DNA of 64,000 nucleotides, taken from NCBI GenBank assembly GCA_964482695.1, contig CAYZYP010000001.1:68143-132142 (forward strand). The letters run 5' to 3'. The translations under genes and the position numbers were made by a program. This stretch comes from an uncultured Gammaproteobacteria bacterium. Its GTDB lineage: Bacteria; Patescibacteriota; Patescibacteriia; Magasanikbacterales; GWA2-37-8. The number at the start of each line of letters is the position of its first letter. Within the stretch, counting starts at the first letter, position 1. Positions 1-10,049 of this stretch are shown here, in pieces. The notes beneath the pieces were generated by a model. The model was not told the DNA's origin. It worked only from the letters and a program-made list of their open reading frames with translations, and ran no database searches.

Positions 1-1419
1 CCTTTTGTTTACGAACGATTTACTGCCGGTCATATTGGCGTGCTTTTGAGTTACGCGTTACTGCCCTTGGTTATCAAGGCTATTTTTACAGCTTTTGAAG
101 AAAAAACTTGGCGACAAGCGATTTGGGCGGTTTTTTTGTGGACACTACAGATTATTTTTTCCGCGCATTATTTAGTAATAACAGGTGTGTGTGTTGGGGT
201 TATTTTTTTAGTTTATTTAATAGCTAGTTTGTTGTTACATTATAATTGTCATTCCGAGGAGGAGCATAGCGACGACGAGGAATCTCTGTCCAAATTGAGA
301 CAGAGATCCTTCGCTCCGCTCAGGATGACAGAGTCTAGGAGAGTTACTTTTAGCATTGGGATATTATCTATTTTTTTAAAACTTATTCTTTTACTCCTTA
401 TTTTTAACTCTTTTTGGCTTGTTCCCACTTTTTTACTACACCAAAATCCAACCACAGAATTTAGCAATTCTCATTTTACCGCCTATAAGTCATCACCAGA
501 CCAACATTATGGTTTGTTAACAAATTTAGCTGGCATGTATGGTTTTTGGCGCGAACGCACTTCGGAAGGGGAGTTTGTTTTAGCAAAAAATAATTTACCA
601 ATTTGGCCGTTGTTTTTTGTTATTTTTTTAATATCTATTTGTTTTGGTGTTAAGAATTTGCTTAAAGAAAAAAAATACGTTTACATGGGCTCATTGTTAG
701 TTATGGGCGCGTTAGCCGTGGTATTATCGGTGGGGTCGCAGAACGGTTTTGTCGGTTCTGTTAATAATTTTATTTTTACCTATATTCCAGCTTTTAGCGG
801 TTTGCGCGAAAGCCAAAAGTTTATTTCAATTTTAGTTTTTGTTTATTCAGTATTTATCGCTTATGGTTTGTATTGTTTTAGAAGCAATAAGTTGATGTAT
901 TATTTTTTTATCACTATTATTTTTGCCAATATTTTTATCTATAGTTATCCCTTATTTTGGGCCGCCAATAATCAAATTGTGTCTCAACCATATCCGGCTT
1001 CTTTCCAAAAAGCTAAAGAGGTCTTTGATCAAGATAAAAGCGACTACCAAATACTTATTTTGCCTTGGCATATGTATGTTATTGGCCATTCTTTAACTCC
1101 AAAATATACCATAGTTGACCCGGCGCCTAAATATTTTTATCCAAGCAAAATAATAGCTTGTCAAGACGAAGAAGCAGGGTATGTTAAAAATATTTCTCCT
1201 CAACAAACTGCCATTAGAAATTTACAAAACAGCACTAGTTCTACGGTTTGGCTATCATTTTTACGTGATGCCGGTATAAAATATATTTTTATTTCCAAAG
1301 TAACTGACACCATAAAGCATGGTTTTGATTACGATACCTTTTTAGAGGATAAAAATTTTAAGAAAATAGTGGAAGATAATTACGCTGTATTGTTTGTGAA
1401 CCACGAATTTTTACACTAA
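1..1419 (+). CDS. Polytopic membrane protein of unknown function, 5'-partial (the reading frame is open to the window start). It carries an in-frame palindromic element at 247-330.
   Basis: Frame 1 has no stop from nt 1. There are many hydrophobic segments. The peptide 'CHSEEEHSDDEESLSKLRQRSFAPLRMTE' is encoded by the repeat element. Confidence 0.5.
   Translation, partial: PFVYERFTAGHIGVLLSYALLPLVIKAIFTAFEEKTWRQAIWAVFLWTLQIIFSAHYLVITGVCVGVIFLVYLIASLLLHYNCHSEEEHSDDEESLSKLRQRSFAPLRMTESRRVTFSIGILSIFLKLILLLLIFNSFWLVPTFLLHQNPTTEFSNSHFTAYKSSPDQHYGLLTNLAGMYGFWRERTSEGEFVLAKNNLPIWPLFFVIFLISICFGVKNLLKEKKYVYMGSLLVMGALAVVLSVGSQNGFVGSVNNFIFTYIPAFSGLRESQKFISILVFVYSVFIAYGLYCFRSNKLMYYFFITIIFANIFIYSYPLFWAANNQIVSQPYPASFQKAKEVFDQDKSDYQILILPWHMYVIGHSLTPKYTIVDPAPKYFYPSKIIACQDEEAGYVKNISPQQTAIRNLQNSTSSTVWLSFLRDAGIKYIFISKVTDTIKHGFDYDTFLEDKNFKKIVEDNYAVLFVNHEFLH
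247..330. repeat. Nested palindromic element copy A. Termini are tgtcattccgagg...caggatgaca with an internal gaatctctgtc...gacagagatcc palindrome. It is inserted in frame in a CDS.
   Basis: Direct sequence comparison with copies at 21331-21415, 22282-22372 and 10079-10184. Confidence 0.8.
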
Positions 1420-1470
1420 TTTACACAAATATGGAATTTAATTTGTGATTAGTGTAAATTCGTGGTTCAG
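1396..1470. terminator. Long inverted repeat (gaaccacgaatttttacactaa / ttagtgtaaattcgtggttc) overlapping the stop of the first CDS. Putative terminator or structured element.
   Basis: Arms of ~22 bp seen in the sequence. Confidence 0.4.
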
Positions 1471-1571
1471 AGTTATCCACAGGGCTGTTTTTAGCAGGGT
1501 ATACATATATTTTAAAAAATGTTATAATAATTTTAGAAAAATTTTAATTATTTAATTTTAACTTCAAGAGT

Positions 1572-2627
1572 ATGAGAAAAATGTTCTTTGTTCTGTCTCT
1601 TCTAGTGCTTGGGTTACTAATCGTACCAAGTGCGACATACGCCCAATATGGCGGTGGTGGAGGCGGGGGAATTAATTCTACCCCACCAACTTTATCTGGC
1701 TCACTCCAAATCAACAGTGGAGCCGCAAGCACTGCTAATACAAGTGTAACTTTGACCATGCCAACCACCAATGCCGATCAAATGGCAATTTCAAATGATT
1801 CTAGTTTTTCCAATGTTTCTTGGGAGACATTTAGTTCTTCAAAATCTTGGACTTTGACCCCAAGTTATGGCACCAAGACTGTTTACACCATGTTTAGAAT
1901 AGCTAGCACTGGCGCTGCCACACAAATTACTAGCGCAACAATATCATTAACGGCTACTACTACTACCTCAACCACCCCGGCCACCCCGGCCACCCCGGCC
2001 ACCCCGGCCACACCGGCCACCCCGGCCACACCGGCCACCCCGGCCACACCGGCCACCCCGGCCACCCCGGCCACCCCGGCCACCCCGGCCACCCCGGCCA
2101 CACCGGCCACAACCGAAACTAAAACCGCTTATACCTTTACTAAATATCTAGCTGTTGGTTCTAGCGGCACAGAAGTAACAGAATTACAGAATTTATTAAA
2201 AAGTTTAGGCTATTTTAAAGACACAGCCACTGGTTATTATGGTAGTGTTACTCAAGCCGCTGTTGTGGCTTTTCAAAAAGCCAACAGTTTAGCTCCATAT
2301 CCAGGCTATGTCGGCCCAGCCACTAGATTAGCTTTAAGCAAAGTAAAATACAAAGTTACCACTACCCAGACAACAACAGCTACTACTGTTAAATCAACTA
2401 CCAAATATACCTTTAAAAATTATTTGGCCATTGGTTCATCTGGTGAAGAAGTAAAACAATTACAATTAAAACTCAAAGAACTAGGCTATTTCACTTACTC
2501 TGGCGGCGCTACTGGCTATTATGGTTCTGTTACAGCAGCAGCTGTCACAGCCTTTCAGAAAGCCAAAAATCTCGCTCCATATCCAGGTTATGTTGGCCCA
2601 GGTACAAGAACAGAGTTGAATAAGTAA
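1572..2627 (+). CDS. Secreted protein with an N-terminal signal peptide, a Gly run, a (PAT)n linker and two C-terminal peptidoglycan-binding (PG_binding_1-like) repeats.
   Basis: Hydrophobic N-terminus ending 'ATYAQ'. The module 'YLAVGSSGTEV..LQ..LK.LGYF....TGYYGSVT.AAV.AFQKA..LAPYPGYVGP.TR' occurs twice. No catalytic domain is recognisable. Confidence 0.6.
   Translation: MRKMFFVLSLLVLGLLIVPSATYAQYGGGGGGGINSTPPTLSGSLQINSGAASTANTSVTLTMPTTNADQMAISNDSSFSNVSWETFSSSKSWTLTPSYGTKTVYTMFRIASTGAATQITSATISLTATTTTSTTPATPATPATPATPATPATPATPATPATPATPATPATPATPATPATTETKTAYTFTKYLAVGSSGTEVTELQNLLKSLGYFKDTATGYYGSVTQAAVVAFQKANSLAPYPGYVGPATRLALSKVKYKVTTTQTTTATTVKSTTKYTFKNYLAIGSSGEEVKQLQLKLKELGYFTYSGGATGYYGSVTAAAVTAFQKAKNLAPYPGYVGPGTRTELNK
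1972..2110. repeat. Coding tandem repeat of ~15 copies of a 9-bp unit (ccaccccgg/ccacaccgg) encoding (PAT)n.
   Basis: Seen directly. It lies in frame within the 1572-2627 CDS. The antisense ORF 1883-2110 (MAGVAGV...) is an artifact of it. Confidence 0.9.
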
Positions 2628-2654
2628 AAAATACAATACAAATACAAAAAAACA

Positions 2655-2692
2655 CCTCGACTTTAATCGGGGTGTTTTAGTATCCCTTTAAC
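2655..2692 (+). terminator. Rho-independent terminator-like hairpin (cacctcga...tcggggtg followed by a T-run).
   Basis: Hairpin plus U-tract downstream of the stop at 2627. Confidence 0.45.
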
Positions 2693-2738
2693 TTATTTTT
2701 AATATCTGTTATAATATCAACGCTTTAATTATATTTTT

Positions 2739-3998
2739 ATGTTAAAAAAGATTATTTTTCTTTCTTGTTTTTTACTTCTATTATTTTTTGCTACTTCGGT
2801 TTCCGCCAGCGAAGCTTCGGTGCAAATTTCTCCATTACAGGGTACTTACAACGAAGATCAGACATTCACAGTTGATGTTTGGGTGAAAACCGGGGGCTAT
2901 TCTGTGGGGCAGGTAAGCGCTGATATTAGTTTTTCCGAAGATTTTTTACAGGTTGTTAGCATAAGTTTAGCCGATTATTTTAAATCAACAAATGAATATG
3001 GCGTTAATAATTTTGACAATGAAAAGGGTAATATCCACGTAGAAGGAGAAATAGAGAATGGTTTAAAAGAAGACGGCAGTTTGGCGACAATTACTTTTAA
3101 AGTTAAAAAAAGTGGCACTGCCAGAATAGATCTTTTTAAAACCACGCGTGTTCTTACTACCGATAATTTAACCATACCTTTACGCACAGCCGACAGTGTA
3201 TATCAATTAGAAAAAAAAGGCACAACTAGCGTGAATATCCAGCAAGTTAATATCACCGAAACAGACGAGGGTGGTTACAAAGGAATTTCTAATAGTATTA
3301 GCACTTCTTCTATTTTAATAGGCCAGCCACCACAGTTATTTGGCAAGACAGATACGCCAAATGCTTTAATAGAGTTTGATGTTGATCAAGGCCTGGCGAT
3401 AGGCAAAACAACCGCGGATCAACAGGGTGATTGGAATTGGTCTTTGTCCAGAAGATTATTGCCAGGTATATACGCGGTAAAAATTACAGCTACCAACCCG
3501 CAGGACAAAAAAAAGAAGGAAACAGACTGGCAAGAAGTAGAAATGAGAATTATGGATGTTTCGCGTCAGTTGTATAAAATTATAGTAGTTTCTTCTACAT
3601 TGCCAAAAAATGTTTATCCTAATTCTAAATTACCTATTAATTTTAAAATTATTAATTTAGGCAACGCTAGTAGTACTAACCAATTAAAAAATACTTTTAG
3701 AGTTTCTTATTACATAGAAGACCCCAGCAGAAGCCTTATTTACGATAATCAAGAAGATGTAGTATTTACCGGCCAAGACGTAACTTTAACCAGAGAGATA
3801 GAAATATCCAAAGAAGCGGTAAAAGGCAATTATACTATTTATGCCACTATGAAGTTGGATGATGAATTGGTCAGTATGGATTCAGCGACGTTTAAAGTGC
3901 GGGCAAGCACGTATAAGTATCTGATTATTGGCGTGGCGTTAGTAGCAGTATTTTTCGTGGGTTGGGCAGTGTTTAGAAAGTTAAAAACAAGAAAATAA
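2739..3998 (+). CDS. Cell-surface protein with a signal peptide, an N-terminal cohesin-like domain, an Ig-like middle region and a C-terminal transmembrane anchor.
   Basis: The signal peptide ends 'SVSASEA'. 'QISPLQGTY..FTVDVWV.TGGYSVGQVSADISF..DFLQVV' is a cohesin-like beta-sandwich motif. The C-terminus 'YLIIGVALVAVFFVGWAVFRKLK' is a TM helix followed by a basic tail. Confidence 0.5.
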   Translation: MLKKIIFLSCFLLLLFFATSVSASEASVQISPLQGTYNEDQTFTVDVWVKTGGYSVGQVSADISFSEDFLQVVSISLADYFKSTNEYGVNNFDNEKGNIHVEGEIENGLKEDGSLATITFKVKKSGTARIDLFKTTRVLTTDNLTIPLRTADSVYQLEKKGTTSVNIQQVNITETDEGGYKGISNSISTSSILIGQPPQLFGKTDTPNALIEFDVDQGLAIGKTTADQQGDWNWSLSRRLLPGIYAVKITATNPQDKKKKETDWQEVEMRIMDVSRQLYKIIVVSSTLPKNVYPNSKLPINFKIINLGNASSTNQLKNTFRVSYYIEDPSRSLIYDNQEDVVFTGQDVTLTREIEISKEAVKGNYTIYATMKLDDELVSMDSATFKVRASTYKYLIIGVALVAVFFVGWAVFRKLKTRK

Positions 3999-4016
3999 CA
4001 ATAATATTTAGCATAA

Positions 4017-4052
4017 ACGTCTGGTCTTGTGCCGGACGTTTTTTTTTGATAG
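4017..4052 (+). terminator. Rho-independent terminator (acgtctggtc..ccggacgt followed by T9).
   Basis: GC hairpin followed by nine T residues. Confidence 0.6.
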
Positions 4053-4081
4053 AATAAAGAGGATAATTAATTAAAATTTTT

Positions 4082-5083
4082 ATGTTGAATCTCGCCATCA
4101 ATGGTTTTGGCCGTATCGGCCGGCAAACTTTCAAAGCCGCGTTTGGTAGAAAAAATATTAAAATAGTTGGTATTAACGATTTAGCAGATACCAAGACTTT
4201 GGCGCATTTATTAAAATACGATACTGCTTATGGCAGTTATGACAAGCAGGTAACTTATGATGAGAAAAATATTATTGTCAATGGAGAAAAATTTCCAGTT
4301 TTTGCGGAAAAAGATCCTAGTAAATTATCTTGGAAAAAATTGTCAGTTGATGTGGTAGTAGAAAGTACAGGCAGGTTTAGGTCAAAAGAAGACGCTGGCT
4401 TGCATTTAAAAGCAGGAGCCAAAAAGGTAATTATCAGTGCCCCGGCCAAAGGTGGCGATGTGCCGACTTATGTTAGAGCGGTTAATTGTGGCAAAGTTAA
4501 AGATGAAAAAGAATTAATAATTAACAACGCTTCTTGTACTACCAATTGTATCGCGCCAATAATGGCGGTTTTAGAAGAAACTTTTGGCATAGAAAAGGCA
4601 ATGATGAGCACAGTCCACGGTTATACCTCTGACCAAAATTTACAGGATGGTCCGCACAAAGATTTGCGTCGGGCGCGCGCGGCCGCGGAAAATATCGTGC
4701 CCACTTCAACTGGCGCGGCCAAGGCAGTAGGCCTAGTGATGCCAAAATTACAGGGTATTTTTGATGGCGTTGCTTTTCGTGTGCCAGTGCCAACATGCTC
4801 ATTATCTGATATTGTGGTTGTTTTAAAGAAAGATGTTACTAAAGAAGAAATAAACAAAGCTTTAACAGACGCCTCTAAAACCGCTCGCTTTAAAGGTGTT
4901 TTAGCGGTAACCGAAGAGCCGCTTGTGTCAGCTGATTTTGTTGGTAATAGTTATTCTTCTACCGTAGATTTAGCGCTTACCAATGTTGTTGGCGGAAATT
5001 TGGTAAAAGTAGTTGCTTGGTATGACAACGAGGTTGGTTATGCACACCGGCTGGTGGAGATGACAGAGTTATTTGTCAAATAA
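4082..5083 (+). CDS. gap: Glyceraldehyde-3-phosphate dehydrogenase, type I.
   Basis: The N-terminus 'INGFGRIGR' is the NAD-binding motif. The active site 'ASCTTNCIAP' is present. The length is 333 aa. Confidence 0.9.
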   Translation: MLNLAINGFGRIGRQTFKAAFGRKNIKIVGINDLADTKTLAHLLKYDTAYGSYDKQVTYDEKNIIVNGEKFPVFAEKDPSKLSWKKLSVDVVVESTGRFRSKEDAGLHLKAGAKKVIISAPAKGGDVPTYVRAVNCGKVKDEKELIINNASCTTNCIAPIMAVLEETFGIEKAMMSTVHGYTSDQNLQDGPHKDLRRARAAAENIVPTSTGAAKAVGLVMPKLQGIFDGVAFRVPVPTCSLSDIVVVLKKDVTKEEINKALTDASKTARFKGVLAVTEEPLVSADFVGNSYSSTVDLALTNVVGGNLVKVVAWYDNEVGYAHRLVEMTELFVK

Positions 5084-5094
5084 AGTAAAAATTT

Positions 5095-6489
5095 ATGCGT
5101 ACATTATCAATAGAAACAACAAATAAAGTAGGGGCTGAGGTAATTCTAAAAGGTTGGGTAAACGCTCGCCGCAACATGGGCAAAGTGGTATTTTTAGATT
5201 TACGCGATAGAAGCGGAGTCGTGCAGGTGGTTGGAGTTCCAAGCGAATTGAATGAAAAATCTGTTGAAGAAATGAAAAAAATTAGACCGGAGTGGGTAGT
5301 GGAAATTAGTGGAATAGTAAACGAACGCGGCTCCAAACAAAAAAATCCACAGATGTCGACAGGTAATGTAGAAGTTTTGGCCAAAGAAATTAAGGTATTA
5401 AGCGAATCTTTCACGCCACCTTTTGAAATAGACAAAGATACAAAAATTATCGGCGAAGAATTGCGTTTAAAACATCGTTACTTAGATTTGCGTTCAGAAA
5501 GAATGAATAAAAATATTAAATCGCGACACGTTATAAACAAAACAATACGCGATTATTTATCAGAACATGGTTTTACAGAAGTTGAAACGCCGTGTTTGAC
5601 CAAAGGAACCCCCGAAGGCGCGCGTGAATATATTATTCCTTCGCGTCTTTATGCCGGTAAATTTTATGTTTTACCTCAATCGCCGCAACAATTCAAACAA
5701 TTACTGATGGTTGCCGGATTAGAAAGATATTATCAAATCGCTCGTTGTTTTAGAGACGAAGATCAGCGTGGCGATAGACAACCGGAATTTACGCAATTAG
5801 ATGTTGAATTATCATTTACCAACCAAGAAGAGGTTTTAAGTTTAATAGAAAAATTAATGATAGAATTAGTGACTAATTGTTTTTCAGGTTTAACAATCAA
5901 AGAAAAACCATTCCCGCGTTTAACCTACGCCGAAGCAACTCAAAAATACAATTCAGATAAACCGGATTTACGCGATGATAAAAAAAATAAAAATGAAATG
6001 GCCTTTTGTTGGATAACTGATTTTCCATTGTTAGAAAAAAGCGAATCAGAAAATAAATTAGTGGCTGTACACCACCCGTTTACCAGGCCAAGTAAAAATG
6101 ATGAAAATATATTACAGTCAGAACCGCTTAAAGCGCGCGCGATTGCTTATGATTTGGTGTTAAATGGATTTGAAATAGGCGGTGGTAGTATGAGAATTCA
6201 TGAACCAAAATTGCAACAGGAATTATTTGAAATTCTAGGTTTATCGGCAGAAGAAATTAAAACGCGTTTTGGGCACATGTTAGAGGCTTTTGGTTATGGC
6301 GTGCCGCCACACGGTGGAATCGCTTTGGGGCTAGATAGACTGGCGGCTATTTTGCAGAAAGAAGAAAATATTCGTGAAGTAATTGCTTTCCCGAAAACTA
6401 GCGATGCCAAAGATCTGCTAATGAATGCGCCGTGTGGGATGCCCGGTAGAGCGCTAGAAGATGTTCATATTAAATTAGCGAAAGAATAA
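5095..6489 (+). CDS. aspS: Aspartyl-tRNA synthetase, short (archaeal/eukaryal-type, likely non-discriminating) form.
   Basis: Class II motifs 'FRDEDQRGDRQPEFTQLDVE' and 'GGGSMRIHE', plus 'GLDRL' and an N-terminal OB fold. At 464 aa it lacks the bacterial GAD insertion. Confidence 0.8.
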   Translation: MRTLSIETTNKVGAEVILKGWVNARRNMGKVVFLDLRDRSGVVQVVGVPSELNEKSVEEMKKIRPEWVVEISGIVNERGSKQKNPQMSTGNVEVLAKEIKVLSESFTPPFEIDKDTKIIGEELRLKHRYLDLRSERMNKNIKSRHVINKTIRDYLSEHGFTEVETPCLTKGTPEGAREYIIPSRLYAGKFYVLPQSPQQFKQLLMVAGLERYYQIARCFRDEDQRGDRQPEFTQLDVELSFTNQEEVLSLIEKLMIELVTNCFSGLTIKEKPFPRLTYAEATQKYNSDKPDLRDDKKNKNEMAFCWITDFPLLEKSESENKLVAVHHPFTRPSKNDENILQSEPLKARAIAYDLVLNGFEIGGGSMRIHEPKLQQELFEILGLSAEEIKTRFGHMLEAFGYGVPPHGGIALGLDRLAAILQKEENIREVIAFPKTSDAKDLLMNAPCGMPGRALEDVHIKLAKE

Positions 6490-6497
6490 CAAATATC

Positions 6498-7193
6498 ATG
6501 CCCGCCGATTTTAAATTAGACAAATTCGCCGGTCCTTTGGATTTATTATTGCAATTGATTGAAAAAGAAGAATTAAATATCACGGAAATTGCTTTATCAC
6601 AAATAACCGAGCAGTATTTTGCTTATTTAGACAAATTAGAAAAAAATCGCTCAGAGAAATTAGCTGATTTTTTGGTTATTGCCGCTAAATTAGTTTATCT
6701 AAAATCAAGAAATTTATTGCCATACTTATATCCCGAGGAAGAAGAAGAGGGACTAAGTCTGGCCGATCAATTAAAAATGTATAAGGCATATATTGAGGCC
6801 AGTAAAATTTTAGATGATTTATGGGCAAAGAACAGGATTGCTTATGGCCATTTAGAACCGCTGGTAAAACTCACAGAGTTTGTTGTTCCGGCCAATGCTA
6901 ATTTAGAAAATTTGGCCATAAATTTTCAAACAGTTTTAAAACGTTTGTGTCCCATTTCTCCTTTGCCAAAAGTTACGGTAGATCATTCTATTTCTGTAAA
7001 ACAGACAATAGACAAAATTAGAGCTCTGATTAATTCTAAGAAGTATTTTAATTTTAGTAAATTGTTATCTAATAAAAATAATCGTACGGAAATAATTGTT
7101 AGCTTTTTAGCCTTATTGGAATTATTAAAGAACAAAGTAATAAATATCCAACAAAATTCTTCTTATGGAGAATTAGAAATAGTTAAGTTATAA
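6498..7193 (+). CDS. scpA: Segregation and condensation protein A.
   Basis: The N-terminus 'FAGPLDLLLQLIEKEELNITEIALSQITEQY' is a ScpA signature. It is adjacent to scpB. Confidence 0.8.
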   Translation: MPADFKLDKFAGPLDLLLQLIEKEELNITEIALSQITEQYFAYLDKLEKNRSEKLADFLVIAAKLVYLKSRNLLPYLYPEEEEEGLSLADQLKMYKAYIEASKILDDLWAKNRIAYGHLEPLVKLTEFVVPANANLENLAINFQTVLKRLCPISPLPKVTVDHSISVKQTIDKIRALINSKKYFNFSKLLSNKNNRTEIIVSFLALLELLKNKVINIQQNSSYGELEIVKL

Positions 7194-7229
7194 AGTAATT
7201 TTTAACTTTATAAATCTTATAACTTTAAT

Positions 7230-7766
7230 ATGTCAATTTTGTCAAAATTGGAGTCTATCTTGTTTGTCGCTTCTAAACCATTGTCAATTAAAAAAATCGT
7301 TGCTGTTCTAAAAGTAAGCAAAGAAGAGTCCGAGGCCGTGCTTAAAAATTTGCGAGAAAAATACAATCAGCCTGATTCTGGCGTAATATTAATGCAAAAC
7401 AACGATGATTGGCAATTAGTATCAAATCCAGATAATCGCGATGTGGCGGAAAACTTTTTAAAGGCAGAAGTTTCTGGCGAGCTCACTCGTCCGCAGCTAG
7501 AAACGTTGACCGTAATTTCTTATTGTGGGCCAATAACCAAACCAGAATTAGAACAGATCCGCGGAGTTAATTGTGGTATTATTTTACGCAATTTACTTTT
7601 ACGTGGTTTGATAAAAGAAGTAGAAAAACCAGAAAGTTTATTATCGGAATTTGAGGTGACTATGGATTACCTGCGCCATTTAGGAATTAGCAGTTTATCC
7701 GAGTTACCGGATTATGATAAATTACATAAACACCCATACATAGAAGAAATTAAAAAAGGTGATTAG
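7230..7766 (+). CDS. scpB: Segregation and condensation protein B.
   Basis: 'LESILFVASKPLSIKKI' and a winged-helix tandem architecture. It lies immediately downstream of scpA. Confidence 0.75.
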   Translation: MSILSKLESILFVASKPLSIKKIVAVLKVSKEESEAVLKNLREKYNQPDSGVILMQNNDDWQLVSNPDNRDVAENFLKAEVSGELTRPQLETLTVISYCGPITKPELEQIRGVNCGIILRNLLLRGLIKEVEKPESLLSEFEVTMDYLRHLGISSLSELPDYDKLHKHPYIEEIKKGD

Positions 7767-7771
7767 CTATT

Positions 7772-8797
7772 ATGTCTTATCTTTGGAGAATGATTAGCAA
7801 GGTTCTTCCTTACGCCTGTATTACAACTGGCGTGTTGTTGGTGTTGATCGCGCCCTTGTCTTTTTATTCTAATAAAAATTTAGTTGTACCCAATTTTCAC
7901 ATAGCGCCGATTGAAAAAGAAGCGCCAGTAGTTGGCGGCGATATTGCGATTAACAGTTCGGCAATAAATCGTCCTATGGCGCCAGTTTTAAAAAGTAAAA
8001 TCAGTTTTACAGACAAATTAACAGCCAAATCAGTTTTGGTTATTGATGATAAAACTAAGCATGTTTTGTATGAAAAAAATAGTTTTGAAGCGCGCCCATT
8101 GGCTAGTATTACCAAATTGATGACAGCGATGGTTTTGATGGATCTGCCAATTAATTGGTCAAACACTACCACCATAATAGAAACAGATGGCAATAGCGAT
8201 GAACTAGCCAACGAAGGAGAAATTTTTACTCTAGATGAATTGTGGCATTTAGCTCTTGTGGGGTCTTCTAATAAAGCCGTCAACGCTTTGGTAAGAGTGT
8301 CTGGTTTAACTAGTGGAGATTTTATAAAAAAAATGAATGTTAAGGCGCAGGATTTACATTTATCTTCGCTACGTTTTGTTGAGCCAACTGGTTTATCCGC
8401 TTATAATACGGGCAACGCTGTTGATATTGCCGAGCTTTTGCGAGAAGCTTTGCGGTTTGATAAAATTTATATTACCTTACGTATAGGCGAATATTATGCT
8501 AAACCGCTGAATAAAGAAAAGATGCGTCGTGTCTGGAGCACGGATTGGCTACTCACTAATTGGATTCCAAATGATTTTAACAAGAAAGATATTGCTGGTA
8601 AAACCGGCTATATATCTGAATCGCGTTATAATTTTGTAGTTAATTTAGCAGATAAAAGACAACATAAAATAATAGTTGCTGTTTTAGGCTCGGAATCAAA
8701 CGAAAGTCGTTTTAACGAGGCTCGCGATTTGGCTAAATGGATATTTGAAAATTATTTGTGGCCAGATGATGAGAGGTATAATGAACTAGTAGAATAA
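7772..8797 (+). CDS. Serine-type D-Ala-D-Ala carboxypeptidase (PBP5/6-like, peptidase S11).
   Basis: N-terminal TM. The SxxK motif is 'ASITKLMT', with 'SSN' and 'KTG' motifs downstream. Confidence 0.75.
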   Translation: MSYLWRMISKVLPYACITTGVLLVLIAPLSFYSNKNLVVPNFHIAPIEKEAPVVGGDIAINSSAINRPMAPVLKSKISFTDKLTAKSVLVIDDKTKHVLYEKNSFEARPLASITKLMTAMVLMDLPINWSNTTTIIETDGNSDELANEGEIFTLDELWHLALVGSSNKAVNALVRVSGLTSGDFIKKMNVKAQDLHLSSLRFVEPTGLSAYNTGNAVDIAELLREALRFDKIYITLRIGEYYAKPLNKEKMRRVWSTDWLLTNWIPNDFNKKDIAGKTGYISESRYNFVVNLADKRQHKIIVAVLGSESNESRFNEARDLAKWIFENYLWPDDERYNELVE

Positions 8798-8864
8798 AAA
8801 GAGCCTGGAAAGAGCGCAAAAATCGTGGTATAATTCAGTTATAAAGTTTATAACTTTTTAGTTT

Positions 8865-10043
8865 ATGCTTCGTACTATTAAGCAAATTAAAAATCTAAAA
8901 GGCAAACGTGTTTTATTGCGCGTTGATTTTAACGTGCCAATAAAAAATGGCCGAGTAAAAGATGACTTTAAAATTAAAAAGAGCTTGCCGACAATTGAAT
9001 ATCTTTTGGAAAAAGGCGCTAAGATTATTTTAATGAGCCATTTAGGACGTCCTAAGGGTAAGGTTGTGCCTGAACTTAGATTAACAGCGCCGGCAAAAAG
9101 ATTGTCAGAATTATTACATAGAAAAATAAAAAAATTACAAATATCAACAGGCAATGAAGTTGTCAAAAAAATAAATAAAATGAAACCAGCTGATATACTA
9201 TTTTTAGAGAATATTCAATTTGAACCAGGAGAGATTGCCAAAGATGAAAAGCTGGCTAAAGAGTTGGCATCTTATGGCGATTATTTTGTAAACGAGTGTT
9301 TTGCTCAATCGCATCGTGATTATGCTTCTATATCTAAAATCGCGCGATATATACCGGCTTGCGCGGGTTTGTTGTTAGCAGAAGAGGTCGCAGGGCTTAG
9401 TAAAGTTATTTCTAAACCTAAAAAACCGTTTGTGGTAGTTTTAGGCGGCGCCAAATTGGAAACAAAAATTCCGATTTTAGAGAAATTGTTACCAATGGCC
9501 GATCATATTTTGATTGGCGGAGAGATTTTTAATACTTATTTGTGGGCTAAAGGCAACCAAGTTGGTGCTTCCCTGATTGATAAGGAATTTAAAAAGCAAG
9601 TGTTATTATATGGTAGTAAAAAGAAAATAATTATGCCAGTTGATGTAATAGTTGGCAAAGAAGACGGCAAAGAAGCAAAAGCGCTAGCTATTACCGAAAT
9701 TAATAGATTAAAATCAAATATTGGTATATATGACATTGGTCCGATGACCATTAAGTTATTTGCTAAATATATTAAAAAAGCCAATACATTGATTTGGAAT
9801 GGGGCTATGGGATATTTTGAACAGCACCCTTATCAATATGGGACTAATTCTATCGCTCGGCTCGTAGCGTCGCGATCCAAAGGCAAGGCGTATGGCGTTT
9901 GTGGTGGCGGCGAAACAGTAGAAGTTTTGCGTAAATTAAATTTAATATCTGACATAGATTTAGTTTCAACCGGTGGTGGCGCGATGTTGGAATTTTTAAG
10001 CGGTAAGAAGTTGCCGGGTGTAGAGGCGGTTGTAAAATCATAA
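8865..10043 (+). CDS. pgk: Phosphoglycerate kinase.
   Basis: 'KRVLLRVDFNVP' and 'LMSHLGRPKG' motifs. The length is 392 aa. Confidence 0.9.
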   Translation: MLRTIKQIKNLKGKRVLLRVDFNVPIKNGRVKDDFKIKKSLPTIEYLLEKGAKIILMSHLGRPKGKVVPELRLTAPAKRLSELLHRKIKKLQISTGNEVVKKINKMKPADILFLENIQFEPGEIAKDEKLAKELASYGDYFVNECFAQSHRDYASISKIARYIPACAGLLLAEEVAGLSKVISKPKKPFVVVLGGAKLETKIPILEKLLPMADHILIGGEIFNTYLWAKGNQVGASLIDKEFKKQVLLYGSKKKIIMPVDVIVGKEDGKEAKALAITEINRLKSNIGIYDIGPMTIKLFAKYIKKANTLIWNGAMGYFEQHPYQYGTNSIARLVASRSKGKAYGVCGGGETVEVLRKLNLISDIDLVSTGGGAMLEFLSGKKLPGVEAVVKS

Positions 10044-10049
10044 AATTAT

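Noticed and set aside
1883-2110. Antisense ORF encoding (AGV)n, 75 aa.
   Set aside because: It is the reverse-complement artifact of the coding 9-bp tandem repeat (PAT)n inside the 1572-2627 gene.
1972-2110. Possible CRISPR array, considered because of regular short direct repeats.
   Set aside because: The 9-bp units are contiguous with no spacers. They lie in frame in a CDS and encode a Pro/Ala/Thr linker. No cas genes are present.
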